From the NCBI GenBank assembly GCA_037139515.1, contig JBAXGH010000003.1, positions 12,800 to 76,799 of the forward strand: a DNA stretch of 64,000 bases, in the 5' to 3' direction. Both the position numbers and the translations under genes were made by a program. Position 1 is the stretch's first letter. The number at the start of each line of letters is the position of its first letter. Under the pieces are notes generated by a model. That model saw nothing but the letters and a program-made list of their open reading frames with translations, searched no databases and was not told where the DNA came from. The DNA is from a bacterium. GTDB taxonomy: Bacteria; Patescibacteriota; Patescibacteriia; JBAXGH01. Of this stretch, positions 19,732 through 28,030 are shown in pieces.

Positions 19732-21129
19732 CTAAACTTCATACCAAGAATATCCGTCACTTGCCGGAAGTTCGTTCTGTGAGATTGGCCCAGTCGAGCC
19801 GTTTGAGTACTTTTCCGGAGGAACATCGTGCAATTCTACGCCATTCTTAATCCCGTCAATAATTTTCCACTGCGCAATAATTTCCGGGAAACTAAGAAAG
19901 AATTTCTTCTCGCCACGAAGCACATCCAGAATCAAAGTTGCATATTCGGGCAGACAACCTTCTTCTAAACTGCAAAATATCGATTGAGTGAGCGATAAAT
20001 CCTGATAGGACTCGGTTTCCCCCACTCTATTTACTAATTTAACGGTTATCCTCTCTTCCGGAAAAAACTCAAAGATGATGCGGTTTGGCTTTTCATCCGC
20101 TTTTTGAAAATCAAACTTTTTAAGTTCGACTACGGCATATGTGCTTTTCTGCTTGCCGATCATCTTGCCCGTACGAATATAAAACGGCACCCTATGCCAA
20201 TCCAGACGATTCACAAGCAATCTGAGTGCCACGAAAGTCTCGGTTTCCGACTTGGCCGGAATGTCTTTCTCTTGCGCATAAGAATCATACTGGCCAAATA
20301 CTATATTCCTCTTTGCGCCAGAAAAATGCATCGCGCCAAGCATGGTTTCGCGTTCGCGCTGCAGACTTTCGTAGTCCTGCGTAATCGGCAATGACATTGT
20401 AAGTAGTGCGAGGAGCTGTAAGAGATGCGACTGCACCATATCTTTAAGCATCCCAACCTGATCAAAATATCCGGCGCGTTCTTTGACGCCAAATGGCTCA
20501 AAAGCCGTGATTTGAATGTTCGAAATCTCATGACCGTGCATCATGTGACTCAAGATTCGATTCGATTCCCGAAGGCGTAGGATACTGCGGACCGCAGTTT
20601 TCCCCAAATAATGATCAAGAAGATAAAATTTTTCCTCCGCGAAATATTGCGAAGCAAAATGGAATAGTTCACGCGCCGTTCCGGTGCTGGTGCCAAAAGG
20701 TTTTTCAATAATAAGGCGCAAATCATCATTCTTCTCGTAAATCGCGGCCAAATTAGCAATAATATCTTTATAAACCAAAGATGGCACTGAAAAATAGGCT
20801 AAATGAGTTAGTCTCGACTCGAATCCCGGAATCGTCTTCAAAAAATCACGATAAGCTTTGAAATTTTCAACATCGTTGTATTGACCAGCAAAATACCAGC
20901 AATGATTGAGTAGGTCAGCGAGTACTGCCTCTTTCACACTGTCCCCATAAGCAGCCCTGACACTTCCAGCGAATTCAGCCTGAAACTCCTCACGAGTCTT
21001 AGAACTTCGAGCGAACCCCACGATTGCATAGTTATCGGGCAACCTCTTGAACTCAGCCAATCGATAAATACTTGGAAAAATCTTAAGCTTAGCCAAATCA
21101 CCCGAAGCGCCAAAAATGGTAAGTGTCAT
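19732..21129 (-). CDS. zwf: Glucose-6-phosphate 1-dehydrogenase
   Basis: FGASGDLAKLKIFP NADP-binding motif and the DHYLGK active-site motif. Confidence 0.9.
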   Translation of the reverse strand: MTLTIFGASGDLAKLKIFPSIYRLAEFKRLPDNYAIVGFARSSKTREEFQAEFAGSVRAAYGDSVKEAVLADLLNHCWYFAGQYNDVENFKAYRDFLKTIPGFESRLTHLAYFSVPSLVYKDIIANLAAIYEKNDDLRLIIEKPFGTSTGTARELFHFASQYFAEEKFYLLDHYLGKTAVRSILRLRESNRILSHMMHGHEISNIQITAFEPFGVKERAGYFDQVGMLKDMVQSHLLQLLALLTMSLPITQDYESLQRERETMLGAMHFSGAKRNIVFGQYDSYAQEKDIPAKSETETFVALRLLVNRLDWHRVPFYIRTGKMIGKQKSTYAVVELKKFDFQKADEKPNRIIFEFFPEERITVKLVNRVGETESYQDLSLTQSIFCSLEEGCLPEYATLILDVLRGEKKFFLSFPEIIAQWKIIDGIKNGVELHDVPPEKYSNGSTGPISQNELPASDGYSWYEV

Positions 21130-21244
21130 ATCGGAGATGTGTGTTCTTTCTTAGTTTAACTTAAACGTCAAAGCGTACCAAGTTAATACGTAATACTACG
21201 CAAAAGAAATGCCCTAAATGTATAAATTTGCCCTGAAAATATTG

Positions 21245-21284
21245 CTTAGCCGGGCTATGCGCCCCCCTCTAGCCCGCCAAAGCA
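21245..21284. terminator. GC-rich imperfect palindrome 3' of rpsI; putative terminator/REP-like element
   Basis: GCTTAGCCGGGCTA-tgcgcccccctc-TAGCCCGCCAAAGC. An imperfect stem of about 14 bp surrounds a loop containing TGCGCCCCCC. It lies in the rpsI-zwf intergenic region. Confidence 0.4.
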
Positions 21285-21348
21285 ATTTTTCGGGCAAATG
21301 TAGGCATCAAAAAGACCACTCTTTCGAGTAGTCTTTTCGTTGTATGGA

Positions 21349-21816
21349 TTAACGCTTTGACCATCGTGGCGCCTTGCGAGCACGCTTCAAACCTGGCTTC
21401 TTACGTTCCTTTCGACGAGCATCTCGAGTGAGATGACCGCTCTTCTTAAGATTCGCGCGGTAAAGCGGGTTCAAGAGAAGTAAAGCGCGAGAAATAGCGA
21501 GTTTAGCGGCATCGCCCTGGCCTGATTTGCCACCGCCGGAGACGTCGACAACCATGTCAACCTTGTCATCCTGACCGACGGCAACGAGCGGAGCTTTGAT
21601 GGCATTCCGGCTTCCAACAGTCGTGAAATAGACTTCGAAAGGCACACCATTCACAAGCACCGTTCCCTTTCCGTTCTTGTAAAGCTTAGCAATGGCGACT
21701 GAAGTCTTTCTGCGACCGCGTCCAAACAAGTATTCGCGCGTCTTAAATTCAGCCGGCAATTCATATCGCAAAGCATCCACCTTCTTTCGCTGAATTGTAG
21801 TTTTATTATGTTTCAT
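21349..21816 (-). CDS. rpsI: 30S ribosomal protein S9
   Basis: C-terminal ...RKAPRWSKR and central S9 blocks. Confidence 0.9.
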   Translation of the reverse strand: MKHNKTTIQRKKVDALRYELPAEFKTREYLFGRGRRKTSVAIAKLYKNGKGTVLVNGVPFEVYFTTVGSRNAIKAPLVAVGQDDKVDMVVDVSGGGKSGQGDAAKLAISRALLLLNPLYRANLKKSGHLTRDARRKERKKPGLKRARKAPRWSKR

Positions 21817-21824
21817 ACCGTAGT

Positions 21825-22181
21825 CTACTTGAAGGTGAGTCGCTTGATGTAAATGGCGCGGTGCTTGTTCTTTGGGAGCATTCCCATGACGGCGTGGATG
21901 ATGACCTGTTTAGGATCTTCAGCCATGACGTCTTTCATCTGCTTCTCTCTCAAGTGTCCAGGGTACATCGTGTGATGGCGGTAAAGCTTCTGGTCCATCT
22001 TCTGACCGGTAACCTTGATGAGGGCGACGTTCGAGACCACAACTTCGTCACCATTATCAAGATGAGGCAAATATGAAGCCTTCCCCTTGCCGATAAGCAA
22101 AGTAGCAATCTTCGTAGCCAAACGTCCAAAAGGCACGCCGGCCGCATCGATTTCATGAATTTTCTTTTCCGTGATGGTCAT
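21825..22181 (-). CDS. rplM: 50S ribosomal protein L13
   Basis: L13 signature region HAVMGMLPKNK. Confidence 0.9.
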   Translation of the reverse strand: MTITEKKIHEIDAAGVPFGRLATKIATLLIGKGKASYLPHLDNGDEVVVSNVALIKVTGQKMDQKLYRHHTMYPGHLREKQMKDVMAEDPKQVIIHAVMGMLPKNKHRAIYIKRLTFK

Positions 22182-22183
22182 AT

Positions 22184-22534
22184 TTAGATAAATTCAATGC
22201 GAGCGAGCTCGGCTCCATCACCTTTGCGCGTCGACATTTTGATGATACGGGTATAACCGCCGTTTCGATCTTTGTAGCGCGCACCAAGGTCATTTAAAAC
22301 CTTAAGTACAGCCGCTTCAGTAAGAAGATAGCGCGAGAGATAGCGACGAGTGACAAGAGTATTGTCACGTCCACGGGTAACCAAACGCTCGACGATCGGA
22401 CGAATTTCCTTCGCGCGAGCGACGGTGGTCGTCATTTTTTCGTCAACTACAAGAGATGTCGCAAGTCCGCGTAGAAACGCTTTGCGCGACGCAGCTACTC
22501 TACCAAATTTTCGGCCCTTTCGGAGGTGGCGCAT
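22184..22534 (-). CDS. rplQ: 50S ribosomal protein L17
   Basis: MRHLRKGRKFGR... N-terminus typical of L17. Confidence 0.9.
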   Translation of the reverse strand: MRHLRKGRKFGRVAASRKAFLRGLATSLVVDEKMTTTVARAKEIRPIVERLVTRGRDNTLVTRRYLSRYLLTEAAVLKVLNDLGARYKDRNGGYTRIIKMSTRKGDGAELARIEFI

Positions 22535-22543
22535 ACTTGTTTA

Positions 22544-23323
22544 TTATTCTTCGGATTCTGATTTCTTTTTCTTCTTAGGCTTCTCTTCCTCGGAACCGGT
22601 TGCCGGTTCAATCGAGTCAATAGGGGCCGGAGCGCCGAGTGGCGCAAGAAGTGAAAAGTAGTCGATCAATATTTTAGAAGCTTCGCGAACGGCCTCTTCC
22701 GGCGAGATGGTTCCGTCCGTGTCGATCGTCATGACGAGCTTATCGTAGTTCGTGATGTCGCCGACGCGGGCGTTTTCGACGCTGTATCCCACATTCTTGA
22801 GTGGCGAATAGAGAGCATCGATCTGAATCATTCCGATTTCGTTCTTCGATTTGGTGTCGCGATCCTCAACCGCGCTATATCCGCGGCCACGAGAGACGAC
22901 GATTTCCATTTCGAGGTTCGAATCTTTGGAAGTAAGGCTTAAAAGATGCAAATCAGGATTGACGATTTCGACGAGCGCATTCTTTTCAACATCAGCTCCG
23001 GTTACTTCGGTTTCACCGCTCGCCTTGATAGTTAGGCGAACTGGCTCATCCGAGAATAGTTTCAGACGAAGCATCTTCAGGTTGAGAGAAAGCTCGAGGA
23101 CGTCTTCAGCAACACCGTCAATGGAAGTAAACTCATGTGGCGCGCCCTTAATCTTGAAGGAAATAACGGCGGCACCCGGGAGGCTCGATAGCAAAACACG
23201 TCTGAGCGCGTTTCCTACCGTAGTACCATAACCCTGGAAACAAGGCTCCATCACTAAATTGGCCTGGTTGGCCTTCTCGCCCTTTTCAAACGAGATTTTC
23301 GACGGAAGAAGAATGTTTTCCAT
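22544..23323 (-). CDS. rpoA: DNA-directed RNA polymerase alpha subunit, short form (N-terminal domain only)
   Basis: The alpha-NTD dimerisation/assembly region is clear. The protein ends after about 230 aa in an acidic/lysine-rich tail (EEKPKKKKKSESEE), with no recognisable alpha-CTD. It is positioned rpsD-rpoA-rplQ as usual. Confidence 0.85.
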   Translation of the reverse strand: MENILLPSKISFEKGEKANQANLVMEPCFQGYGTTVGNALRRVLLSSLPGAAVISFKIKGAPHEFTSIDGVAEDVLELSLNLKMLRLKLFSDEPVRLTIKASGETEVTGADVEKNALVEIVNPDLHLLSLTSKDSNLEMEIVVSRGRGYSAVEDRDTKSKNEIGMIQIDALYSPLKNVGYSVENARVGDITNYDKLVMTIDTDGTISPEEAVREASKILIDYFSLLAPLGAPAPIDSIEPATGSEEEKPKKKKKSESEE

Positions 23324-23454
23324 AGATGAAGTCCCGATACAATCGGGAAAGTTTACTTCATTAACAACGATTATAATAGCTTGCTAGATGCCAGCTATTA
23401 GTTCTGAGCTCCGAACTTTCAGAGCCTAGAACTAATAGCCGGCACTCAATCACT

Positions 23455-24069
23455 CTATCTGCTATACAATTCGACGATGAGCTTAGGATCAAAGATTTGT
23501 TTAAGGTCTTCTCCGATTGGAGCGTTCAAAACCTTTCCTTCGCGCTTTTCAACATTGAGCGAGAGCCAGCCCGGGGTCTTCACAACCTTGAGACGCTCTT
23601 CTAAACCGTTGAAAATCTTTTTCGACGAACGGTTTTCTTTGATACCGATTACATCACCAGGAACAGTCATTGCGGACGAGATGTCGCAAAGCTTCCCGTT
23701 AAGCGTGAAAAATCCGTGTCCAACCATCTGGCGAGCCATACGACGAGTCTGAGCAAAGCCTAAGCGGTAAACCACATTGTCGAGACGCATTTCGAGGGTC
23801 TGGACGAGGTTTACGCCGGTATCGCCTACTTTCTGAGCAGCAGCTTCGAAATATTTGCGGAACTGACGTTCCAAAATATTGTAGTGCCACTTCGCCTTCT
23901 GCTTTTCGCGCAACTGAATGGCGTAACCAGAAAGCTTCTGATTGCGACGAGTCGGTCCGTGCACGCCAGGACCAAATGGGCGTCGGGTGACTGGGCATTT
24001 CTTTGAAAGACAAATCTTCTCTCCAAGAGCGCGGCAGTGTTTGTGTTGTGGTGTAAGATCGCGTCCCAT
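23455..24069 (-). CDS. rpsD: 30S ribosomal protein S4
   Basis: Full-length S4 similarity, including the Zn-ribbon-like CRALGEKICLSKKCP region and the S4 RNA-binding domain. Confidence 0.9.
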   Translation of the reverse strand: MGRDLTPQHKHCRALGEKICLSKKCPVTRRPFGPGVHGPTRRNQKLSGYAIQLREKQKAKWHYNILERQFRKYFEAAAQKVGDTGVNLVQTLEMRLDNVVYRLGFAQTRRMARQMVGHGFFTLNGKLCDISSAMTVPGDVIGIKENRSSKKIFNGLEERLKVVKTPGWLSLNVEKREGKVLNAPIGEDLKQIFDPKLIVELYSR

Positions 24070-24078
24070 AGGTATTGC

Positions 24079-24513
24079 TTAGATTCTTCGCGGCTTCCGA
24101 GCTCGGCAGCCGTTATGTGGAATCGGAGTGACATCTTTAATCGAGAGAACGTTCAAACCGTTGGCATTCAAAGCGCGAATAGCGGAATCACGTCCGGCGC
24201 CAACGCCTTTCACAAAAACCGTTACATCTTTGAGTCCGGTTGCGGCCGACTTTTCAACCAAGTCCTTCACAACCATCGAAGCGGCATACGGGGTGGCTTT
24301 CTTCGGACCGGTGAAACCTACCTTGCCGGCAGATGACTGACCGATTGAGTTGCCGTTCGCATCCGTGAATGTAACAATCGTGTTGTTGAAAGTGGCGTGA
24401 ACATAGGCTCGACCGACGCTGACAGACTTAACCGCCTTCTTTTTGCGGGTTCTAGCCGGAGCAATCGCAGCCGTAGGCTTTGTTTCTTGAGTTTTGGTTT
24501 CAGGAGTTGCCAT
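24079..24513 (-). CDS. rpsK: 30S ribosomal protein S11
   Basis: S11 core ...HATFNNTIVTFTD...GSRKSTPYAAS-like blocks; ends ...ARKPRRI. Confidence 0.9.
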   Translation of the reverse strand: MATPETKTQETKPTAAIAPARTRKKKAVKSVSVGRAYVHATFNNTIVTFTDANGNSIGQSSAGKVGFTGPKKATPYAASMVVKDLVEKSAATGLKDVTVFVKGVGAGRDSAIRALNANGLNVLSIKDVTPIPHNGCRARKPRRI

Positions 24514-24516
24514 ATA

Positions 24517-24903
24517 CTATTTCTTTTCAACCTTGCTTCGACCGCTGCCCATCGTGCGGCGAACGTTTCCGCGAACGGTTCGAGAATTGGTTTTAGTACG
24601 CTGACCACGAACCGGGAGACGACGCATGTGGCGAATACCGCGGTAGGAACCAATTTCCTTAAGACGTTTGATGTTCGACATGATGTCGCGACGCAGTTCA
24701 CCTTCAACACGGTAGTTCTTTTCGATGTAAGCGCGAAGCTTATCTTCTTCGTCCGGGGTCAAATCTTTAACACGTCGCTGACCATCGAGTCCGACGGCGG
24801 CGATAACTTCTTTGGCACGGGCCGGGCCAACGCCAAAAACATATCTGAGTGAGATGAAAAGTGGTTTCTCTTTCGGAATTGTGACGCCAGCAATACGTGC
24901 CAT
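24517..24903 (-). CDS. rpsM: 30S ribosomal protein S13
   Basis: MARIAGVTIP...KRV..AL..IYGVG-like N-terminus. Confidence 0.9.
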   Translation of the reverse strand: MARIAGVTIPKEKPLFISLRYVFGVGPARAKEVIAAVGLDGQRRVKDLTPDEEDKLRAYIEKNYRVEGELRRDIMSNIKRLKEIGSYRGIRHMRRLPVRGQRTKTNSRTVRGNVRRTMGSGRSKVEKK

Positions 24904-24917
24904 AGAGGTGTTTGCGA

Positions 24918-25031
24918 CTAGCCTTGTCGCTGTTTATGTTTCGGAGTCTTACAGATAACGCAAATTCGACCATTGCGACGAAGCACCTGGCAATCACGGC
25001 AGATTTTTTTGACGGAAGCTCGTACCTTCAT
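24918..25031 (-). CDS. rpmJ: 50S ribosomal protein L36
   Basis: Not in the ORF track. The reverse strand encodes [37 protein letters not shown], near-identical in pattern to bacterial L36 (C-x2-C-x12-C-x4-H), between rpsM and infA. Confidence 0.8.
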   Translation of the reverse strand: MKVRASVKKICRDCQVLRRNGRICVICKTPKHKQRQG

Positions 25032-25065
25032 AATCTCCAATAAAAAACTCGCTCATTCGCGAATA

Positions 25066-25281
25066 TTAGAATCGATAGACGATTCGACCCTTAGTCAAAT
25101 CGTAGGGGCTCATTTCAAGCTTCACCTTATCGCCGGCAGTAATGCGAATTTTGTTCATTCGCATCTTTCCAGAGAGGTGAGCAATAATTTCTTGCCCATT
25201 GTCAAGCTTAACGCGGAACTTTGCGCCCGGGAGCAATTCATCAACTGTTCCGGACATTTCGATGAAGTCTGACTTAGCCAT
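25066..25281 (-). CDS. infA: Translation initiation factor IF-1
   Basis: [71 protein letters not shown] is a canonical IF-1 S1-like fold sequence. The track ORF is N-extended; the start is taken at the conserved MAK. Confidence 0.9.
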   Translation of the reverse strand: MAKSDFIEMSGTVDELLPGAKFRVKLDNGQEIIAHLSGKMRMNKIRITAGDKVKLEMSPYDLTKGRIVYRF

Positions 25282-25455
25282 GTATTGGGGGACAAAATTG
25301 AGTAGCGCAAGTATACGGAAGTTCGTTTTTTCTGTCAAACACGTGGGTTTCGAGTTGTCAACAACCCATCACTTTCGCGAGATTTAGCCAAATTTGCATG
25401 AAAATACAATATTTTCATCAACTCTCCTAACAACAAAGCGATTATAGCACGTTTT

Positions 25456-25770
25456 TTATGCTAGAGCCCACATATCTAGGGCAACTTCTTCGTAGGGATG
25501 TACTTTTTTGATTGCCACAATCACTTTATCAGTCAGCGCGGCGTCGCAAACGAATTCAATCCGCTCCTCCTCGACCTGTTCAAGCTTACCCACTTGTCCA
25601 ATCGCTGGATGCGCGCCATCTTCCGGCTTGAAACGTCCGACGCCACGACTAGAGAAAGTACAGAATGAGTAGTTTCCTATTCTTCCCCCGCCCGCGAGGC
25701 CAATCGCCTCTCTCACAGCATCCGCATGAGACAGCGGTACGAAAACAACGATTTTGTATTTGAAAGTCAT
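25456..25770 (-). CDS. Small conserved hypothetical alpha/beta protein (possible PII/CutA-like or Nif3-insert-like fold)
   Basis: 104 aa, with the pattern G-x-G-R-I-G-N-Y-S-F-C and G-V-G-R-F-K-P. The family is not confidently recognised. Confidence 0.35.
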   Translation of the reverse strand: MTFKYKIVVFVPLSHADAVREAIGLAGGGRIGNYSFCTFSSRGVGRFKPEDGAHPAIGQVGKLEQVEEERIEFVCDAALTDKVIVAIKKVHPYEEVALDMWALA

Positions 25771-25810
25771 AAAGCTGACTATTACGAAAAATATTCTGTA
25801 TTCACGACAC

Positions 25811-25838
25811 TTTCAAGATCCCTCGGATTCGGGATGAC
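25811..25838 (-). repeat. Inverted copy of the dispersed ~28-bp repeat GTCATCCCGAA(G/T)CCGAGGGATCTTGAAA
   Basis: The reverse complement of 25811-25838 is GTCATCCCGAATCCGAGGGATCTTGAAA. That is 27/28 identical to 53466-53493 and shares the core with 55755-55777. Confidence 0.6.
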
Positions 25839-25860
25839 GCAGGGAACCGAAAGGAAGGCT

Positions 25861-25944
25861 CGAGGCGAGCGATTTTGGTCGTACTCTGCGCCGGACACTG
25901 CGCCCCAACGTGTCCGCCGCAGAGTACGCCAAACCGCGCTCGCG
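25861..25944. repeat. Long GC-rich imperfect palindrome 3' of alaS
   Basis: Inner stem GTACTCTGCGCCGGACAC / GTGTCCGCCGCAGAGTAC (18 bp, 1 mismatch) with loop TGCGCCCCAAC. Outer arms CGAGGCGAGCG...GGTC / GCCAAACCGCGCTCGCG extend the pairing. Confidence 0.55.
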
Positions 25945-25958
25945 TATCATCGTATTGG

Positions 25959-27824
25959 TTATTCTTGTATTAGTCCTCCGACGATGGCCTTGATTCTTCG
26001 AATTCCTGCCGAGCTCGCTTCTTCCTTCAATATCTTGAACGATTTTAGCTCACCGGTATGAGTCACGTGCGGCCCGCCGCAAATCTCTTTGGAGAAGCTT
26101 CCGATTGAATAGACCTTAACCTTATTTCCGTATTTATCCTCGAATAGGCCCATAGCACCATCTTTCTTAGCCTCTTCAACCGTCATTTCCTTGAAAGACA
26201 CTGGAAGGTCAAGCGCGATCTGCTCATTAACGATTTCTTCAACCCGCTTGAGCTGCTCCGGAGTAACCTTTGTCGGATTCGGGAAATCGAAGCGCAATCT
26301 TTCTTGTGTGATATTTGATCCTTTCTGCTCAACGTGGGTTCCGAGAACCTGACGCAGAGCCGCCTGCAACATGTGCGTTGCCGTATGAAGCATGGTCGAT
26401 TCACGCGAGTGATCAGCGAGACCTCCGGTGAATTTCTGTGCTGAACCGGAACGCGAGAGATCCTGGTGCTTCTTGAATTCGGCGTTAAAGGCTTCTTCAT
26501 CGACCTTCATCCCCTTTTCAGCGGCGAGTTCTTTGGTAAGTTCGAGCGGGAATCCGTAGGTTTGATATAAAAGAAACGCGTCTTCGCTCGTAAGCTTACC
26601 GGCATGCGCAAAAATCTTTTCAAATTCTTTTTCGCCGTTTTCAACGGTGACATTGAATTTTTCTTCTTCCGCGAACAGTTCTTTTAATATGTGCTCACGA
26701 CGAGTTTCGATTTCCGGGTAAACGTCTTTCATCAAATCGATATACATGGAGGCGACCTTACCGATGAAAGCGCCCTGCAAACCGAGAAGGCGCGCATGGC
26801 GAATAGCTCGACGAATAAATCGGCGCAAAACATAACCCTGCTCGACATTCGAAGGCACGACTCCGCGCGGGTCACCCAAAACAAAAGTGGCGGCGCGAAT
26901 ATGATCGGCGACAATTTCCATCGATTTCGTTGTCATCGAATCTGATCCGTATTTTTTGCCGGTGCTATCTTCGAGGAACTTGATTACCGGCGCGAAAATT
27001 TCAATTTCGAAAATAGATTTTTTTCCTTGGGTCATCGCAGTCAGTCGCTCAAGTCCCCAACCGACATCAACGTTCTTGTGTTCAAGCGGCACAAATTTGC
27101 CTTCCTGGTTTTTGTTGAATTCCATGAAGACATCATTTCCAATTTCGATGAAGCGGCCGCAATCACAATTCGGATGACAAAACTCACCGAACTTTTTATC
27201 GTGCGTCTTGCCGGTGTCATAAAAGATTTCAGTGTCCGGACCACATGGACCAGTTAAACCTGCCGGACCCCACCAGTTTTTTGATTTTGGATATTGGAAA
27301 ATACGATGACCGTCATCAATGTTCGGATTCTCAGCTGGAGCCAAAGTTGCATCAATGCCGACGCTCTTGAATTTCTCTTTCCAAATGCCTACCGATTCTT
27401 CATCACGAGGCGCATCTTCATTGCCCATGAATACACTCGTATATAGTCGCGACGGCTCAAAGCTCAACTCTTGAGTGAAAAATTCAAAAGTCCACGGAAT
27501 AATATCTTTCTTAAAATAATCTCCAAGCGACCAAATACCAAGCATTTCAAAAAACGTGGTGTGACGAGAATCGCCGACATCTTCGATATCCTGGGTACGA
27601 ATACATTTCTGCGAATTCGTAAGTCGAGTACCAGCGGGATGCTTCTCGCCGAGCAAATATGGAACGAGCGGATGCATACCGGCGGTTGTGAATAAAACCG
27701 TCGGATCATTTTCCGGAATCAAAGAAGCAGAAGGCAAAACGGCATGCATGTGGCCCTGAAAGAATTTTAGAAAACGCGAGCGAAGTTCTTTGGCAGTCAT
27801 AGTATTAGTTTTGTTTGTGTACAA
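25959..27824 (-). CDS. alaS: Alanine--tRNA ligase, short form (catalytic, tRNA-recognition and editing domains; no C-Ala domain)
   Basis: N-terminal class II AlaRS core (FTTAGMHP, QKCIRTQDIEDVG, FFEMLGIWSLGDYFK). The editing-domain HxxxH block is HTATHMLQAALRQVLG, with CGGPHV near the C-terminus. It is 621 aa against about 870 typical. Confidence 0.9.
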   Translation of the reverse strand: MYTNKTNTMTAKELRSRFLKFFQGHMHAVLPSASLIPENDPTVLFTTAGMHPLVPYLLGEKHPAGTRLTNSQKCIRTQDIEDVGDSRHTTFFEMLGIWSLGDYFKKDIIPWTFEFFTQELSFEPSRLYTSVFMGNEDAPRDEESVGIWKEKFKSVGIDATLAPAENPNIDDGHRIFQYPKSKNWWGPAGLTGPCGPDTEIFYDTGKTHDKKFGEFCHPNCDCGRFIEIGNDVFMEFNKNQEGKFVPLEHKNVDVGWGLERLTAMTQGKKSIFEIEIFAPVIKFLEDSTGKKYGSDSMTTKSMEIVADHIRAATFVLGDPRGVVPSNVEQGYVLRRFIRRAIRHARLLGLQGAFIGKVASMYIDLMKDVYPEIETRREHILKELFAEEEKFNVTVENGEKEFEKIFAHAGKLTSEDAFLLYQTYGFPLELTKELAAEKGMKVDEEAFNAEFKKHQDLSRSGSAQKFTGGLADHSRESTMLHTATHMLQAALRQVLGTHVEQKGSNITQERLRFDFPNPTKVTPEQLKRVEEIVNEQIALDLPVSFKEMTVEEAKKDGAMGLFEDKYGNKVKVYSIGSFSKEICGGPHVTHTGELKSFKILKEEASSAGIRRIKAIVGGLIQE

Positions 27825-27874
27825 GATAATACGCTATGATAAAGTATCAGTAAACATCTTATAGGGAGGTCGTC

Positions 27875-28030
27875 TTGACTAAGCCAAAAAATGACAGAGC
27901 TTACCACTGCTTCCTCATCACGATAGCGGTTCTGGCGCTCATTTGCGTCGTCGTCGGACTGTCTATGGATGAAGAGTCTTTGCCGCGCAAGGCTCAGGCG
28001 TCTCACGGAGTTGACGTGCTCATTCCGTGA
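27875..28030 (+). CDS. Possible small single-TM protein (about 51 aa) with a strong Shine-Dalgarno
   Basis: AGGGAGG sits 5 nt before a TTG start. The product would be MTKPKNDRAYHCFLITIAVLALICVVVGLSMDEESLPRKAQASHGVDVLIP. It is not in the ORF track (too short), and its 3' end overlaps the mnmA 3' end on the opposite strand. Confidence 0.25.
   Translation: MTKPKNDRAYHCFLITIAVLALICVVVGLSMDEESLPRKAQASHGVDVLIP

Noticed and set aside
25881-25927. Integron attC-site interpretation of the GC-rich palindromes
   Set aside because: The loops carry CCCCAAC-like sequence but the stems lack the R''/L''-L'/R' organisation and extrahelical bases. No intI gene or cassette array context is present, and they sit 3' of core genes (rpsI, alaS, glmS).
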